Assembly (NCBI GenBank): GCA_963770565.1 | Contig: CAVYQE010000001.1 | Coordinates: 128,001-192,000, forward strand | Direction: 5' to 3' | Source: an uncultured Actinomycetota bacterium | GTDB lineage: Bacteria; Actinomycetota; Actinomycetes; JAFAQI01 | DNA: 64,000 nucleotides | Shown here: positions 1 through 11,327 of the stretch, one piece after another | Layout of the letters: the number at the start of each line of letters is the position of its first letter | How positions within the stretch are numbered: the first letter of the stretch is position 1 | The notes under the pieces: generated by a model | Told to the model about the DNA's origin: nothing | Databases searched by the model: none | Seen by the model: the letters and a program-made list of their open reading frames with translations, nothing else | Position numbers and translations under genes: made by a program

Positions 1-584
1 GCAGCCTCGATCGCGACGTGGAAAGCCACGTCCGGCTCTCGCAGCTTGTCGTCGAGCGTTGCCGCCGGCTGGCCGAGATGGGCAAGGACGTCTTCCTGTT
101 GATGGACTCGATCACCCGCATGGCCCGCGCCTTCAACAAGTGGGTGGGCAACACGGGTCGCACGATGAGCGGCGGCGTGGACGTGAAGGCCCTCGATATT
201 CCCAAAAAGCTCTTCGCCACGGCCCGGGTGTTCGAGGAAGGGGGCTCGCTGACGATCGTCGCCACCGCCCTGATCGACACCGGCAGCCGGATGGACGACC
301 TGATCTTCCAGGAGTTCAAGGGGACGGGCAACATGGAACTCGTGCTCGACCGCAAGCTGGCCGACCGCCGCGTGTGGCCCTCGATCGACATTTCTCAATC
401 CGGCACGCGCCGCGAGGAAAAGCTGCTCGATCCCGAAACGCTGCACGCGGTGAACATGCTTCGCCGCACGCTCTCGACGATGCACCACGTCAACGCGATG
501 GAACAGCTCACCAAGCAACTCGGCAAGTTCAAATCGAACAAAGAGTTCATCAATCTCATCGCCGGCTCGCGGGCCATGGATTGA
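1..584 (+). CDS. rho: Transcription termination factor Rho, C-terminal part (5' end outside the window)
   Basis: Rho motifs LLMDSITRMARAFN, GGSLTIVATALIDTGSRMD, EFKGTGNMEL, SGTRREEKLL. Confidence 0.97.
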   Translation, partial: SLDRDVESHVRLSQLVVERCRRLAEMGKDVFLLMDSITRMARAFNKWVGNTGRTMSGGVDVKALDIPKKLFATARVFEEGGSLTIVATALIDTGSRMDDLIFQEFKGTGNMELVLDRKLADRRVWPSIDISQSGTRREEKLLDPETLHAVNMLRRTLSTMHHVNAMEQLTKQLGKFKSNKEFINLIAGSRAMD

Positions 585-887
585 GCCGCGAACGGCGCAG
601 CGGCGCAACTCCCCATCGGGAATCCGCTGCGACACTAGCCCGACGCGCCAGCGAGGGACCACGGCGTCGCCAGCGAGGGATCACCAAAGCGCCGGCAAGG
701 AATTGCGATGGGCGGAATTCATTTTATTACAGAAAAACGAGCGGCAAAAAACAAGGAAGGAAGATCATCCGGCTTCGTCTTTTTGCCCCCCATTTTTGTC
801 TTTTATTGCTCGACCTGGCCGATCGGTCCGGCGCTTCCATCGTCGGCTTGAATCGGGCGTCGGCGCCGCGACGATCCGACTCCCTCG

Positions 888-2225
888 CTAGCGCTTCGGG
901 CTAGTGGGGCGATCGACGCCGCCGGAGCAAAAACCAATGAAATCGGCAATCGGACGGAATCCGAAAACGGCGCCATTTTCCGTCGCATGCCAAACCAACC
1001 ACGCCGCAAACATCAAGACGCCGATCGGCTCAAGCGCCTTTGCCGCGGGAAAGACGCCGGATAGCAGCCGCTCCGTTCCGCCGAGGCCGAGGATGTAGGT
1101 CGTGAAATAAGTGAGGCTGATCCAGACTCTGCCGCGCCGGCTTCGAAACGCCGTCAGCACGGCCCAGGCCAGCGCCGGGGCGATGATGTTGTAGGTCAGC
1201 CGCTCGGTGCCGGGGCCGAAGACTAGCTGCCACGCGCTCCAGGCCGCGATCGTGAAGATGACAAGTTGCCGCGCCGTCCAGCCGCGCCGCCGCTGCCACA
1301 GACACCAGCCGAGCGTCGCCAATCCGGCAGCAATCTGCAACAGCAGATACGCCGGCCTATCGACGGGCGTGCGAAACTGCTCCCAGATCGTCCAAGCGTC
1401 GCGATAGCCGGGAAAGCGGAACTCGGTCGCCTGCCGATGCACAAGGCAATCATACCACTGGCCATACGAAGCGATCGCCGCCGTGGCGGGCTTCGTCGCG
1501 AAAGGGACGAGCCCCAATATGGCCAGGCAGACCGCGGCCCGCCCGATCAGCCGCTTCGGCCATTGCACGCAAAACAATGCCAGCGCCACGACCGGCCAGA
1601 TCTTGATATACACCGGAGCGGCCAACAGAGCCGCCGCCCGCCACCAGCGGCCGCGCACGATCGCCGCCGCCGCGAAGAGCACCAGCGCGATGAGAATCGC
1701 ATTGCTCTGGCCCGACCAGACGCTCCGCACGGTGCCCAGCATCACAAGCAAATGAAACCAGCCTTCGACTTCCTGCGGGAGCAAAGGAGCAAGGGGCGAG
1801 GGGTGAGGGGCGAGAGTCGCGCGGACGGAACTCGTTTCGTCGCGATCGATCTTCCTTCCCTTGGCGATCTCCTCGCCTTGGCGGTTCGATCCGTCGTCGG
1901 TCCCGCCCGCCAGAACGTCGCGAAAGAAGACGCGCAAGCTCCAAACCAAGAGGCCGACGCTCGCGAAATTCCAGAGCACGCCGCCGAACCAATTCGCCCA
2001 GACCGCGAACGGCGTCATCAGGATGGCGAAGGTCGGGCTATAGTAATAGGCCCGCTCGAGGTAAAGCGAATGGCCGTCCCACCAATCGCGGCTGCCGTGG
2101 GAGAAGGCCGTATAGACCGTGTGCAACTCGGGTTCGATGATCGTCTTCACACTCGCCGCGATCGCCAGCGCAATCCAAGCGCTCAATGCGATTCGCAACC
2201 AAGTCGTTCCGCTCCATGATCGCAT
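888..2225 (-). CDS. GT-C membrane glycosyltransferase, GT87/DUF2029-like
   Basis: Polytopic hydrophobic ORF with YYYSPTFA, GQSN, IKIWP and PGTE motifs; start placed at MRSWSG. Confidence 0.75.
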   Translation of the reverse strand: MRSWSGTTWLRIALSAWIALAIAASVKTIIEPELHTVYTAFSHGSRDWWDGHSLYLERAYYYSPTFAILMTPFAVWANWFGGVLWNFASVGLLVWSLRVFFRDVLAGGTDDGSNRQGEEIAKGRKIDRDETSSVRATLAPHPSPLAPLLPQEVEGWFHLLVMLGTVRSVWSGQSNAILIALVLFAAAAIVRGRWWRAAALLAAPVYIKIWPVVALALFCVQWPKRLIGRAAVCLAILGLVPFATKPATAAIASYGQWYDCLVHRQATEFRFPGYRDAWTIWEQFRTPVDRPAYLLLQIAAGLATLGWCLWQRRRGWTARQLVIFTIAAWSAWQLVFGPGTERLTYNIIAPALAWAVLTAFRSRRGRVWISLTYFTTYILGLGGTERLLSGVFPAAKALEPIGVLMFAAWLVWHATENGAVFGFRPIADFIGFCSGGVDRPTSPKR

Positions 2226-2348
2226 GATTCTCTCGTTGTCGCATGACGGCGTAGGACGGCTCTCCCGAGCCGTCGCGCCGGTCGAACGCGCCACACATTG
2301 TGCCAGCCGCGAATGGCCGGCTCGGGAGAGCCGGCCTACGGTGTTCCG

Positions 2349-4068
2349 CTACCGCCGCACGTCGTCCCGCCTCAGTCCGCCCGCTGCGATGTTGTACAGC
2401 CGGCGGCCGACGATCACCCGTTTGGTCGGATGATCGTGCCGCAGCCGGTCGCAGGGAATCTCGCCGATCTCATGCCAGGCGAAGGGAAACGGCGGCATAT
2501 AGTCGCGGTCCCACGTGAAGCAAAAGTAATCGTGCCCGCCCGCCAGATCGGCTTCCGTCGGCGGCCAATGCCGCGGCTCGATCGGCGCACCGTAATAAAA
2601 GCTGAACAGCGTCTCGGTGAGGCCGAAGCTCGCCAGCTTCACGTGCGGCGGCAGCTTCGCTTTCAATTCCGCCACCGCCGGTCCCGCGTTGGCGCTCGCC
2701 TTGGCCATGCTGCCGATCACGATCCCCACGTGGGTCAGCCCGACAAACGCCGCCAGACTGATGACGAATGCATAGCCGCGCGGCGCCGATTGTTGCGAGC
2801 CGCGCCACAGCATCGTGGCCAACGTCGCCATGGCCAGCCCCAAATACAATGCGGCAAACCACCCCGGCTGCGACAGCTCGGGCATCCGGAATCCTTCGAA
2901 CCAACTGGCCCCCGCCACGGCCAATCCGCCGAAAGCCACCGTTCCCGCCGCGCCGACAACATACATCAGCCAGCCGATCCGCATCGCCCGCGGCGCACCG
3001 GCCGCCAAAGCCCGCTGGATCACCAGCCCGATCAGCGGGGCGAGGCAGGGAAACAGCGGCATGAAATAGCGTTCCTTCGCCCCCGGCACGAGCCAGCAGG
3101 TGGGAAACGCGACGGCCAGACTCACGCCCAGAAACGCCACAAACGGACCCGCCTCGGCGATGCGCCGCCGAAAGCAGCGAAACAGATAGGCCGAGAGCAG
3201 CGGCGACCACGGCAGCACCGAAATCATGATGCCCAGCGGATAGAACAGCAGATGCAAGGCGGTCATCGTCCAACTGGCATCCGCAAACCGCAGCCCCACG
3301 TCGGAGGTCCAAATCGCTCGCACCGATGCCCAATCGGTGGCCAGCCAGAACGGAATTTGCCAGGCGGCGATCACGGCGGCGAAGAGCGCGATCCCCGCCA
3401 GATGCGACCAACTGAAGAGGCTTCGCCAATCGCGCCGAATCGCCAGATAGAGCACGACCGCCCCGACGAAGTAGGCCGGGGCTTGCGGGCCTTTGGTGAG
3501 CGCTCCCAACGCGGCCAGCAGATAGCCGGCCAACCAGGGCCAAGGGCCGCCGCCAATTTGCCCGATAGCCCCAGTGCCAAATCAAGAGCGAGCCGCTGAC
3601 GAACAGTGTGAAGAGCGCATCGGTCTCGGCCAATCGGCCAAGTTGCAGCACCATTCCCCCGGTGGCGAACGCCAGCCCGGCGGCCAAGGCCCCCAGCCGC
3701 GAGAGAAACTGCCGGCTATAGCCATAGATGAGCAGCGTAGTGAGCCAAACCGCCAGCACGCTCGGCAGCCGCACAGCCAGCAGCGACCCGGCGCCCAGCA
3801 ACATTTCCAACAGCGCGATGGGATAGCTACCTAGCGGGGGCCGGCTGAGAAACGGCTCCCCTTGTTGCCGGGGCACGATCCAATCTCCCGTGCCGAGCAT
3901 TTCGGTCGCCACCTCGGCCCGCCGCGTCTCCTCGCCGCGGATGGGGAGCGTCGTGAGCCGCGTGCCATAGATGGCGGCCGTCAGCAGCGCCAAAACGAGC
4001 AACTCCCATTCCCGCAAATAGCGGAAGCGACCCGGTTTTCCAGCCATGGGTTGCGAATCCATCGTCAA
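2349..4068 (-). CDS. ArnT/GT39-like membrane glycosyltransferase (frameshift near 3540)
   Basis: GEETRRAEVATEMLGTGDWIVP, FLSRPPL, LTKGP and RYFMPLFP across two overlapping ORFs. Confidence 0.85.
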
Positions 4069-4381
4069 CGGCTCTCCCCATCGGGCAAATTTCAGACGCC
4101 GCGAATTCGACGTTTTGCTCGGCCGGCAATAAAAACGGCTCGATCGAACGAAAAACGTGGCGGACTATCGCAGAAAGCCCGGATTCACGCAAGAGTGCCG
4201 CGATTCGAAAAAAGTCGGCATCTGGGAAGCGCGCCGGTTCGTGTTGGGTCATGCTGTCGCAGGGCACGAAGCTGTTCCGGTTTTCGCCGAAAAGTGCTTG
4301 TAGTTCTCGTTGGGACGCCGTCAAATAAACTGGTGCGTGGATCGACTCGATTTGTTTTGCATTATCAAAGGAAAGGCGACG

Positions 4382-5608
4382 ATGCGAACTCGTTATCCGA
4401 TCGTTGGCGATGCGCGGCGGGCGGAGCATTCGACGGCGGTCCCCTTGTGCTTGGTGGCGGCTGCCCTGTTGAGCCTGATCGTCGCGAGTTCGGCGTCGGC
4501 CGCGGACGGGCCGCCGGCAAAACCCAGCGGCCCGATTTTCACAAAGACTCCAGGCGTTTCTCCCGCCGAGAAGCAGCGCGAGAAAGCGATCGCCGCCGCC
4601 CTCGCTTGGCTGCGCCGTCATCAGTCGCAAGCCGGCAATTGGAGCTTCAAGGAATACCAAAAGCAGTGCAAAGACAAGACATGCACCGGACCGGGAAGCC
4701 AGGAATCGCTCTCGGCGGCGACGGCCCTGGGCATCCTGCCGTTTCTCGCCGCCGGTCAGTCGCATTTGCATCCCGGCCCCTACCAACGCACCGTCATGAC
4801 GGGAATCTACTGGCTCATACTTCATCAGAAGCCCGACGGCGATCTCTCGGCCGGGGCCGACCAGCAGATGTATTCCCATGGCCTGGCGGCGATCGCGCTG
4901 TGCGACGATTACGAGGCCACCCACGACAAAGCGGTCGGCAAAGCGGCCCAACAGGCGATCAACTTCATCGAAGCCGCCCAAAACGCCAAGACCGGCGGCT
5001 GGCGATATCATCCGGGCGATGAAGGAGACACGTCGGTCCTCGGTTTTCAACTGACGGCGCTCGAAAGCGGCCGACTCGCCGGTCTGAAGGTCAAACCGGC
5101 CACGTTCGCCGGCGCCCGCAAGTTTCTCGCATCGACCGCCAAGCTGGGAGCCGACGGCAAACAGAACGGCACGTTTGCCTACCAGCCGGAGGACGCCGCC
5201 ACCCCGACGATGTCGGCGGTCGGCATCCTTTGCGAGCAATACCTCAAGGCCGACCGCTCCGGCCCGCTGATCGTCGGCGGCGAGAAGTATCTCATGGCCC
5301 ATCAGCCCGACCCGAACGATCGCAACATTTATTACTGGATTTACGCCACCCAGGCGATGCACAACATGGCCGACCAGGATTGGGTCGCTTGGAACTCCAA
5401 GATGAGCAAAATTCTGATCGACACCCAAGCCCATCAAGGCTGCGCCGCGGGAAGCTGGTCGCCCGATCTACCCCTCCGCGACGCCTGGGGCCCGGTCGGC
5501 GGCCGTGTGATGATCACCAGCCTCTCCTGCCTGACGCTCGAAGTCTATTATCGCTATCTGCCGACTTTCAAACTGGATAAGCCGGCCGCACGGAAAGAGA
5601 AAAAATGA
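4382..5608 (+). CDS. Prenyltransferase/squalene-oxidase repeat protein, paralog 1 (probable signal peptide)
   Basis: ALAWLRRHQ..GNWS, QKPDGDL, MYSHGLA, GGWRY, YYWIYATQ, GGRVMITSLSCLTLEVYYRY. Confidence 0.85.
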   Translation: MRTRYPIVGDARRAEHSTAVPLCLVAAALLSLIVASSASAADGPPAKPSGPIFTKTPGVSPAEKQREKAIAAALAWLRRHQSQAGNWSFKEYQKQCKDKTCTGPGSQESLSAATALGILPFLAAGQSHLHPGPYQRTVMTGIYWLILHQKPDGDLSAGADQQMYSHGLAAIALCDDYEATHDKAVGKAAQQAINFIEAAQNAKTGGWRYHPGDEGDTSVLGFQLTALESGRLAGLKVKPATFAGARKFLASTAKLGADGKQNGTFAYQPEDAATPTMSAVGILCEQYLKADRSGPLIVGGEKYLMAHQPDPNDRNIYYWIYATQAMHNMADQDWVAWNSKMSKILIDTQAHQGCAAGSWSPDLPLRDAWGPVGGRVMITSLSCLTLEVYYRYLPTFKLDKPAARKEKK

Positions 5609-6783
5609 TCGCATCCATGAGGTCATCGCGCAGTGAACGGGCGGGCGTCGGACTCGGCCGGGCGCTGGCTTTCCTGTTGGCATACGCCGCGGCGATTCCC
5701 CTGTTCGCCGCCGATAAACCGGCGAACAAGTCGGTCGAGATGCTCAAGCGAAAGCCCGAGAAATACGCCGTGGCTGCCAGCCTGTATTGGTTCGCACGCC
5801 ATCAAGCCGAGCAGGGGAATTGGAGCCTGCGCGATTACACGAAGCAGTGCAAAGACAAAACCTGCACCGGCACGGCGAAGCAAGAATCGCTCTCGGCCGC
5901 CACAGCGCTGGGGCTGCTCCCCTTCCTGGCCGCCGGACAAACACAAGCCAATGACGGGCCGTTTAAGAAAACAGTCAAGGGGAGCGTCGATTGGCTCGTG
6001 AGCCATCAGGCCGCTTCGGGAGACCTCTCGGCGGGCGCGCCGCAGCAAATGTATTCACACGGCCTGGCGACGTTCGCGCTGTCCGAAGACTTTGGGATGA
6101 CGCACGACAAAACAGTCGGCGCCGCGGCGCAAAAGGCAATCGACTTCATCGAGAACTCCCAAAACGCGAGGACCGGCGGTTGGCGCGATCATCCAGGCGC
6201 GAAAGGGGATACGTTGGTCCTTGGGTGGCAAATCGCCGCACTCAAAAGCGGCCAGATGTCGGATCTGCAAGTCAAACCGGAAGTTTTCCAAGGGGCCAAG
6301 AGGTTTCTCGCCACGGTCGCCAAACACTCGCCGGATGGCAAGCCGAACGGACAGTTTAGTTATCATCCTGGCGGTGACGCGAACGCCGCGATGTCGGCCA
6401 TCGGCCTTCTGGCAAATCAATACCTGCATACCAAGCAAACAGATCCTTCGATGATCGCCGGAAAGGCGTACCTGATATCCCACCTGCCCGACGAGCATTC
6501 CCGAAAAATCTATTGTTGGTATTACGCGACACAGTTCATGCACAATCTGCGCGACAAAGACTGGGACATTTGGAATCGAAAAATGCGGAAGGCGCTCTTC
6601 GACAGCCAAATCCGCGAAGGCTGCGCCGCGGGGAGTTGGGATCCCGAAAAGCCGTCCACCGATGCTTGGGGCGCGGCTGGCGGACGGCTGACGGTCACGA
6701 GTCTCTCCTGTTTGACATTGGAGGTTTACTACTATCGCGGATTCAGCGGACTGCCGCTGTACAAACTCGACAAGACTCCCTAG
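5605..6783 (+). CDS. Prenyltransferase/squalene-oxidase repeat protein, paralog 2
   Basis: Same motif series as paralog 1; 4-bp ATGA overlap with it. Confidence 0.85.
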   Translation: MIASMRSSRSERAGVGLGRALAFLLAYAAAIPLFAADKPANKSVEMLKRKPEKYAVAASLYWFARHQAEQGNWSLRDYTKQCKDKTCTGTAKQESLSAATALGLLPFLAAGQTQANDGPFKKTVKGSVDWLVSHQAASGDLSAGAPQQMYSHGLATFALSEDFGMTHDKTVGAAAQKAIDFIENSQNARTGGWRDHPGAKGDTLVLGWQIAALKSGQMSDLQVKPEVFQGAKRFLATVAKHSPDGKPNGQFSYHPGGDANAAMSAIGLLANQYLHTKQTDPSMIAGKAYLISHLPDEHSRKIYCWYYATQFMHNLRDKDWDIWNRKMRKALFDSQIREGCAAGSWDPEKPSTDAWGAAGGRLTVTSLSCLTLEVYYYRGFSGLPLYKLDKTP

Positions 6784-6954
6784 GTGTCTGTCGAAGAACA
6801 GGCCGCGGCAAGGGGATGCTCGCCGCGAAAGGGGTCGGGAGTCGATTTCGCCCGTTGAACGATCCGTAGTGCGAACCGGCGCCATGGCGAAATCGACTCC
6901 CGACCCCCTTTTGGCAACGCCCGCCGGAAGCTCTGCCGGTTCTCGGACAGGCTC
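6784..6954. mobile_element. MITE family A copy (~170 bp, IS5-like ends)
   Basis: Starts right after CTAG 6780-6783; contains GGGGTCGGGAGTCGATTTCGCC-33nt-GGCGAAATCGACTCCCGACCCC; ends GGACAGGCTC. Confidence 0.8.
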
Positions 6955-6958
6955 CTAT

Positions 6959-7090
6959 GAGCCTGTCGGAGAATCGGCCAGATCGAGCTAAGGTGACGTT
7001 GAAGGGGGTCGGGAGTCGATTTCGCCGGATGAACGATTGGCAGTTCGAACCGAAGTCCTGGCGAAATCGACTCCCGACCCCTTTGGCGAT
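6959..7090. mobile_element. MITE family A, diverged abutting copy
   Basis: Begins GAGCCTGTCGGAGAA; same 22-bp inverted arms with a diverged loop. Confidence 0.65.
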
Positions 7091-7134
7091 GGCGGTCCGC
7101 ATATCTCTCACAAGCCCGTCCGAGGACTTTTTCC

Positions 7135-8347
7135 ATGTTGAACACGACGGTGGCCGGCGGACTCTGTTTGCGAATTGCCATGCTCGGCGGAGTATTGCTT
7201 GTCGCGACGGCGGCCCAACCCGCTGCCGACGATCCCTTCCGCCGGTTCGTGGCGAATCCCTTTCCCGAGGGCGCCGGCTCTCACCGCGCGCAACTGCAAG
7301 CCGATGGCGGCAGCAAGGGAACGGAGCGGGCCGTGATCCTGGCGCTCGATTGGTTCGCACGCCATCAAGATGCCGACGGAAGCTGGAGCCTGCAAAAATT
7401 CACGCGCCACTGCACCGACAAAACATGCACCGCGCGGCCGGGGAAGAGTCGCGCTCCGCGGCGACGGCCCTCTCGACCTTGCCGTTTCTGGCGATCGGCC
7501 AAACGGCCTCCGCCCGCGGACCCTATCGGCGCTGGTCAAGTCGGCAATCGCATGGCTCGCCAAGCATCAAGCGCCTAGCGGAGATCTTTCGGCGGGAGCC
7601 GCGCAGCAGATGTATTCGCACGCCTTGGCCACGATCGTCCTCTCCAATGCGTTTGCGATGGCCCACGACAAGCCACTCGGCGACGCCGCGCAAAAGGCGC
7701 TCGACTTCATCGAGCAGTCGCAGGATTTGCGAACCGGCGGCTGGAACAATCGAGCGCACACGAGCGGCGGAACGACGATCGTGGGTTGGAACATGCTGGC
7801 CCTCGAGAGCGGGCAACTCGCCGGCTTGCAGGTCAAGCCGGCCACGCTCGACAATGTGAAAAAGTACCTCGCCTCGGTTGCCGTTCCGCAGCCCGACGGC
7901 CGGCCGACCGGTAGATATTTCTATCGCCCCGACACCCACGCTACGCCGACCATGACGGCGATCGGTCTCGTGTGCAACCAGAATCTGGGCCTTGCCCATT
8001 CCGATCCGTTGATTGCCGGCGGGGTGAACGACGTGTTGCGGAATCTGCCCGAATACGACATCCGCGACGTCCACTATTGGTTCTTCGCAACCGAAGCGAT
8101 GCATCGGATGAACGACAGCGATTGGGCGCGGTGGAACCACCAAATGCGGAAGGTTCTCGTGCTGTCGCAAATGCGCGAGGGCTGCTGCGCAGGAAGCTGG
8201 GATCCCAACAAGCCGGTGCGCGACGTGAACGCCGCTGTCGGCGGCCGGCTGACCATGACCAGCCTGGCCTGCCTGACGCTCGAAGTCTATTACCGCTATT
8301 TGCCGATCTTCCAGGCCGGCAAACCGCCGGCGGCCGAGAAAAAGTAA
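7135..8347 (+). CDS. Prenyltransferase/squalene-oxidase repeat protein, paralog 3 (frameshifts ~7440-7530)
   Basis: GGSKGTERAVILALDWFARHQDADGSWS, then MYSHALA and GGRLTMTSLACLTLEVYYRY. Confidence 0.85.
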
Positions 8348-8689
8348 GGCCCGACTTCTCCGGCAGAGCGATCGGCAGGTCGATGCCGGCGAGACGGCTC
8401 GATTGCCTGTGAGAAGCGGGCCACTCGGCAAAAGCCGCGGAATGAAAGACAAAAATACAGGAAGGAAGAATGTTCATTTTCATTTTTTGCCCCTCGGTTT
8501 TTTTACAATAAACGGACTTCCGCCGATCGCAATCCCTCGCCAGGTACGCCGGCCGAGCCCGGCGATTGCGGCCGACTCGAAAACCGGGCCGGGAATCGGG
8601 CGGGGACTCCCCGAATCGCACGCGGCTATTTAGAATGGCGGGCTGCCGTAAACTGCCCTGCCACTCCAATTCAGGAGCGCGATTGCGCC

Positions 8690-9661
8690 ATGGAAGAGAT
8701 CGAAGTCCCCACCGAGCATCTGCACGAAGCGATCCATCACGAGGCCCATCATTCGCAAGAGACTTGGATCACCTGGGTGGCGTTGAGCACCGCGCTGCTG
8801 GCGGCCTTGGCCGCGGTGACCGCGCTGCTGAGCGGAGAGAACGCCAACGAGGCGGTGATCGAGCACGTCACGGCGTCGGATTTCTGGGGCGAATTCCAGG
8901 CCAACGGCATCAAGCTCGCCGTGATGCAAGGCAATGTCGATCAGCTCCAGTCGGACAACAAGCCCGTTCCGGCAGCCTACGTGAAGAAAATCGAAAAATA
9001 TCAATCGGAAAAGAATCGCACGAGAACCTCAGCCACGAAATTCGATCATTCGTACCGAGAGCGTTTCGATCGTCACGAAACGCTGGCCATGGGCGTCACC
9101 ATGTTTCAAATCGCCATTGCCATCGCGGCGATCTCCGTGCTGACCAAGCGCAGGTGGTTCTGGCACCTCGGGCTGGGCTCGGGCGCCATCGGTGTGCTGT
9201 GTCTGATTGCGGCCTATGTCTTGCCGATGGGCGAGACAGCCGAGGGAGCGAAACCCGAAAAGACCGAGCACAAAGAAAAGACCAAAGCCGATCACGGCGC
9301 GAAGAAGCCGCCGATCGAAAAAAAACCGAAACCGCCCCAAGGCGAGTCGAGCGCCGACTTCCTCGCGCCCGGCTCGGATTGGTTGGCGGCAGACTTCTTC
9401 TCGACTTACCTGGGGTCATTCGCTCCCACCGGTTCGGACGATCGGTCCGAGTTGTCCCGCTATTGTTCCATCCGCGCTCCGCGGCGCCGCCCAGCGTCGG
9501 TTAGCCGGCTCGCTTGCGAGCCGCCGTCCGAGAAAGGGAAGCGATTCGACTCCGGCGGACCCAGCCGACAAGGCCGAGGAATGAAAGGCAAAAGAGTGGG
9601 GTGCGAAAACAGGCTGACAGAATATCGAGCTTCATTTTTTGCCCCTCGTTTTTTGCCCTAA
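8690..9661 (+). CDS. DUF4337-like membrane protein (true 3' end probably earlier, ~9350)
   Basis: MEEIEVPTEHLHE, WVALSTALLAALAAV, FQIAIAIAAISVLTKR; the ORF tail loses coding character. Confidence 0.7.
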   Translation: MEEIEVPTEHLHEAIHHEAHHSQETWITWVALSTALLAALAAVTALLSGENANEAVIEHVTASDFWGEFQANGIKLAVMQGNVDQLQSDNKPVPAAYVKKIEKYQSEKNRTRTSATKFDHSYRERFDRHETLAMGVTMFQIAIAIAAISVLTKRRWFWHLGLGSGAIGVLCLIAAYVLPMGETAEGAKPEKTEHKEKTKADHGAKKPPIEKKPKPPQGESSADFLAPGSDWLAADFFSTYLGSFAPTGSDDRSELSRYCSIRAPRRRPASVSRLACEPPSEKGKRFDSGGPSRQGRGMKGKRVGCENRLTEYRASFFAPRFLP

Positions 9662-9899
9662 AAGTGAATTCCGGCGGGCGTGATCCAGCCACACTAGCCC
9701 AAAGCGCTAGCGAGGGAGCGCGGCGCTAGCGAGGGAGTCGAGGACTTGCGGGTTATCGGCGCGACCGGCCCTTCCCTCGCTAGCGCTTCGGGCTAGTGTG
9801 GCGATTGCCTGCCGGCGGAACAAAAACTTCCGAAATCGGCAATCGCGCGGCCGGAACGCCAGGCGTTTCTTCCCAATCCCACCTTCACCCCCGTCCGAC

Positions 9900-10914
9900 A
9901 TGACCACCAAGACCGCTGCCATCGTCCCCCTTTCCCAGCTTGCCTCGGGCCAGGAGGCCGATCTCTTCCTGCTGCTCACGGCCAAGGAGGAATCGACCAC
10001 CCGCGACGGCAAGCCGTATTTCAAGGTCGCATTTCGCGATCATGCCCGCGAGGTCAGCTTTCCGATCTGGAACGACTCGACCTGGGCCGACGAGTGCCGC
10101 GAAAACTGGCGCCCCGGCGATTTCTACAAGCTGCGGGCCGTGTATCGCGAGACGAACTACGGCCCGCAACTCGACATCCGCAAGATTCGCGCAGACGATC
10201 GACGCCGACGCGGCCGACGGCTTCGATCCGCTGATGTGCCTGCCGCAAACGCGGTTCGATCCGGCGGCGATGTTCGACGAACTGCGCGGCGATCGCCCGC
10301 GAGCGAATCGCCGACGCCAAGCTCTGCGAGCTTGGTGATCGACATATCTGGCGGCCCAACCGCGAGCCGCTGCTGCCGCTGCCCGCGGCGACGCGCAATC
10401 ATCATGCTTTCGTCGGCGGCTAGCTGGAGCACGTGCTGAGCGTCACCCGGACCTGCGTCCTTCTGGCCGACAAGTACGACGATTATTATCCCGATCTCAA
10501 GCCGCGGCTCGACAAGGGGCTGGTCGTGGCCGGGGGCATCCTGCACGACATCGGCAAGCTCCGCGAGATTCGCCAAGAGCCGCAAGGGGCCGTCTACACC
10601 GCCGAGGGAACGCTGATCGGCCACATGCTGGAAGGACGCGACATGGTCCGCGAGGCGGCCGCGGGGCGGCGGCATTCGCCGCCGAGACGATGCTGCGGCT
10701 GGAGCACATCATCATCTCGCATCAGCGGCTGCCCGAATGGGGCTCGCCCAAGCCGCCGATGACGCCCGAAGCCCTGATCGTCCACTACGCCGACGATCTC
10801 GACGCCAAGTATCAGATGATGTACATGGCGCTCCGCGACGACACGACTCCCGGCCCGCTGACGTCGAAGAAGAACACGCTATATCAGCAAGTGTATCGAG
10901 GGGGAGAGGAGTGA
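9900..10914 (+). CDS. YhaM/Cbf1-like 3'-5' exoribonuclease (OB-fold + HD domain), several frameshifts
   Basis: TRDGKPYF OB-fold, HHAFVGG-LEH, LHDIGK, LIGH, IISH, PMTPEALIVHYADDLDAK. Confidence 0.85.
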
Positions 10915-10996
10915 CGCGTGGCGCGCCACCGGCAAGCGGAGTCTGCCGTTGCTGTCCTACTCCTACTCGTAATCGTCATCCTAATCCCATTCCTAG

Positions 10997-11166
10997 GAGG
11001 CTGTCCAAGAACCGGTCGCGGCGAGGGGATGCTTGCCGCGAAAGGGGTCGGGAGTCGATTTCGCCCACTGAACGACCCGTAGTGCCAACCGGGATCATGG
11101 CGAAATTGACTCCCGACCCCCTTTGGCAACGCCCGCCGGAGAATATGCCGGTTCTCGGACAGGCTC
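10997..11166. mobile_element. MITE family A copy (170 bp)
   Basis: CTAG|GAGGCTGTCC...GGACAGGCTC|CTAA with internal 22-bp inverted arms. Confidence 0.85.
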
Positions 11167-11327
11167 CTAATCGTAATCGACTCCAGCCTCGCCGCCGGCC
11201 CTTCCGTCGAGAAGGATGAGGAGCAGGATTGGGAATCTATGTCGAGCCGCGGCGAGTGTGGCGCCGGCAAGTGCGGTTCCTCACGGCGGAGCGTGAGGAG
11301 TACAGAGACGTTCGGCAGCGGGCTTCG

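Noticed and set aside
3827-5437. Long antisense ORFs (e.g. 3827-5437, 32608-34167, 61167-62876)
   Set aside because: They are shadows of real genes on the opposite strand in high-GC DNA, with no recognisable motifs.
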